DNA of 34,250 bases, from contig JBNGIO010005257.1 in the NCBI GenBank assembly GCA_049999805.1, positions 1 through 34,250 of the forward strand, in the 5' to 3' direction. Origin of the DNA: Folioceros fuciformis (Eukaryota). The position numbers and the translations under genes are program-made. Under the pieces are notes generated by a model. That model made no database searches, had not been told where the DNA came from, and saw only the letters and a list, made by a program, of their open reading frames with translations. Every line of letters starts with the position of its first letter. Position 1 is the stretch's first letter. This document shows positions 33,191 through 34,250 of the stretch, piece after piece.

Positions 33191-34250
33191 TCACGCACCC
33201 TGCTGGGGGCCATCTCTGAAGACGACCCCTTCTACCAGGCGTGCCCCTCTCGACTTTGCGAAATAGAGGCCCATGTAGTGGGTCAATTCCTGAGAGGCAA
33301 GCAAACAAAAGAAGGCGACAAGTCAGGTGTTTTATATCTTCATTATAAGAAATTTAGTGGAATCCACCACTGAAGGAGTCTACTACTACTACGGTCCAGT
33401 GGGAAGGAATTTTCCTGTCCTGGGATTCGGTACTTGACAACTTCCACCACCGTGTGCCTAAGCTCATTGCACCAAGGGAATCCACTCCCTCTACCCCATC
33501 TGAGCGCAGGATGGTTTGTCTCGGCCAGGTAACACATGTTTGTCCATTTGGACTAAGCCATTTGGACGCACATGCAAGAGCCCCGGCAGATGTTGCTTCA
33601 CAACTGATCACATCCTGAATCGAGAGGCCAAATTTTACGAACAGATGTATTTTTACATGCCAAGAAAGGTATACCTGGGGATGTCCTAGAGCACCCATGG
33701 AGTTTGCAACAGAAGTTGGAAGGTCATACGTCGAGCAGCCGTCAGTGTAGACGCACACCTCCTTCAAGGGGCCAAGTACTCCATGGTTTCTCGCCGACAA
33801 AGCTGTCGAGACAAAGTCCATCACACAGATATCTGTGCAGATCCCCACCACGAGCAGCTGCCGATGGGACAGCAGAAAGGGATTAGGTAGTACTACCAAC
33901 CAGAGCTGCCATTCCCCGCGCCAGAGATAAAGTACAACGATAGCAGCGCAACATCCCGGCGAGCAAATAAAGGAAGACACTCACATTCTCGACATGATTC
34001 TGCTTAATCCAATCAATCACGATATTTGACCCGTCGCTCTGCATGCCACCAACGAAGCCGTTGATGCAGTCTTTGCGCATTAAGACAGCATTTTTATACT
34101 TTTCCAACCACTCGAGATCTGGCCGGTGCACAGACAGGCGAGCCAACCGTGTCAACGCCAAGCCACAAACATCCCGCTGCTGCAAACTGCGCAATTTCAC
34201 ACACCTGGCACCAAGTTCTCCTCGCCCGTGCCGATGACACAATGCAGAGG
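33191..34250 (-). CDS. NIC1: Nicotinamidase 1 (isochorismatase family), 3' part; gene continues beyond the window
   Basis: Exons >34250-34205 (PLHCVIGTGEENLVP), 34118-33985 (LEWLE...RKDCINGFVGGMQSDGSN), 33857-33675 (LLVVGICTDICVMDFVSTALSARNHG...HPQ), 33289-33191 (ELTHYMGLYFAKSRGARLV...*). Colinear with Arabidopsis NIC1 as recalled. Confidence 0.93.

Overview
Gene-dense nuclear DNA from a non-seed land plant: about 50% GC, introns mostly 70-150 bp, and several PLS-class PPR sequences. This is consistent with a hornwort such as Anthoceros, but the organism is inferred, not shown. In order, the window holds: a 100-N gap; a heavily decayed PLS-PPR pseudogene (about 4.0-5.3 kb); an intronless PTST1 gene (+); a 19-exon dipeptidyl peptidase III with the animal/fungal-type HELLGH motif (-); tRNA-Thr(UGU) (-); an AT-rich island with a non-LTR retroelement relic and a minisatellite; an OSCA2/CSC1 channel gene (-) head-to-head with an ERD7/senescence-domain gene (+); two tandem F-box-family paralogues (-), one lacking the F-box; an At1g26460-like mitochondrial P-class PPR (-) head-to-head with a PLS-E+ PPR (+); and the 3' part of nicotinamidase 1 (-). 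The most unusual feature is the PLS-E+ PPR. Its stop codon lies inside a consensus splice donor, and removing a 107-nt intron fuses it in frame to a second, duplicated PLS array with nearly the same RNA-recognition residues. All gene models were spliced by hand and family calls rest on recalled motifs; no database search was run.
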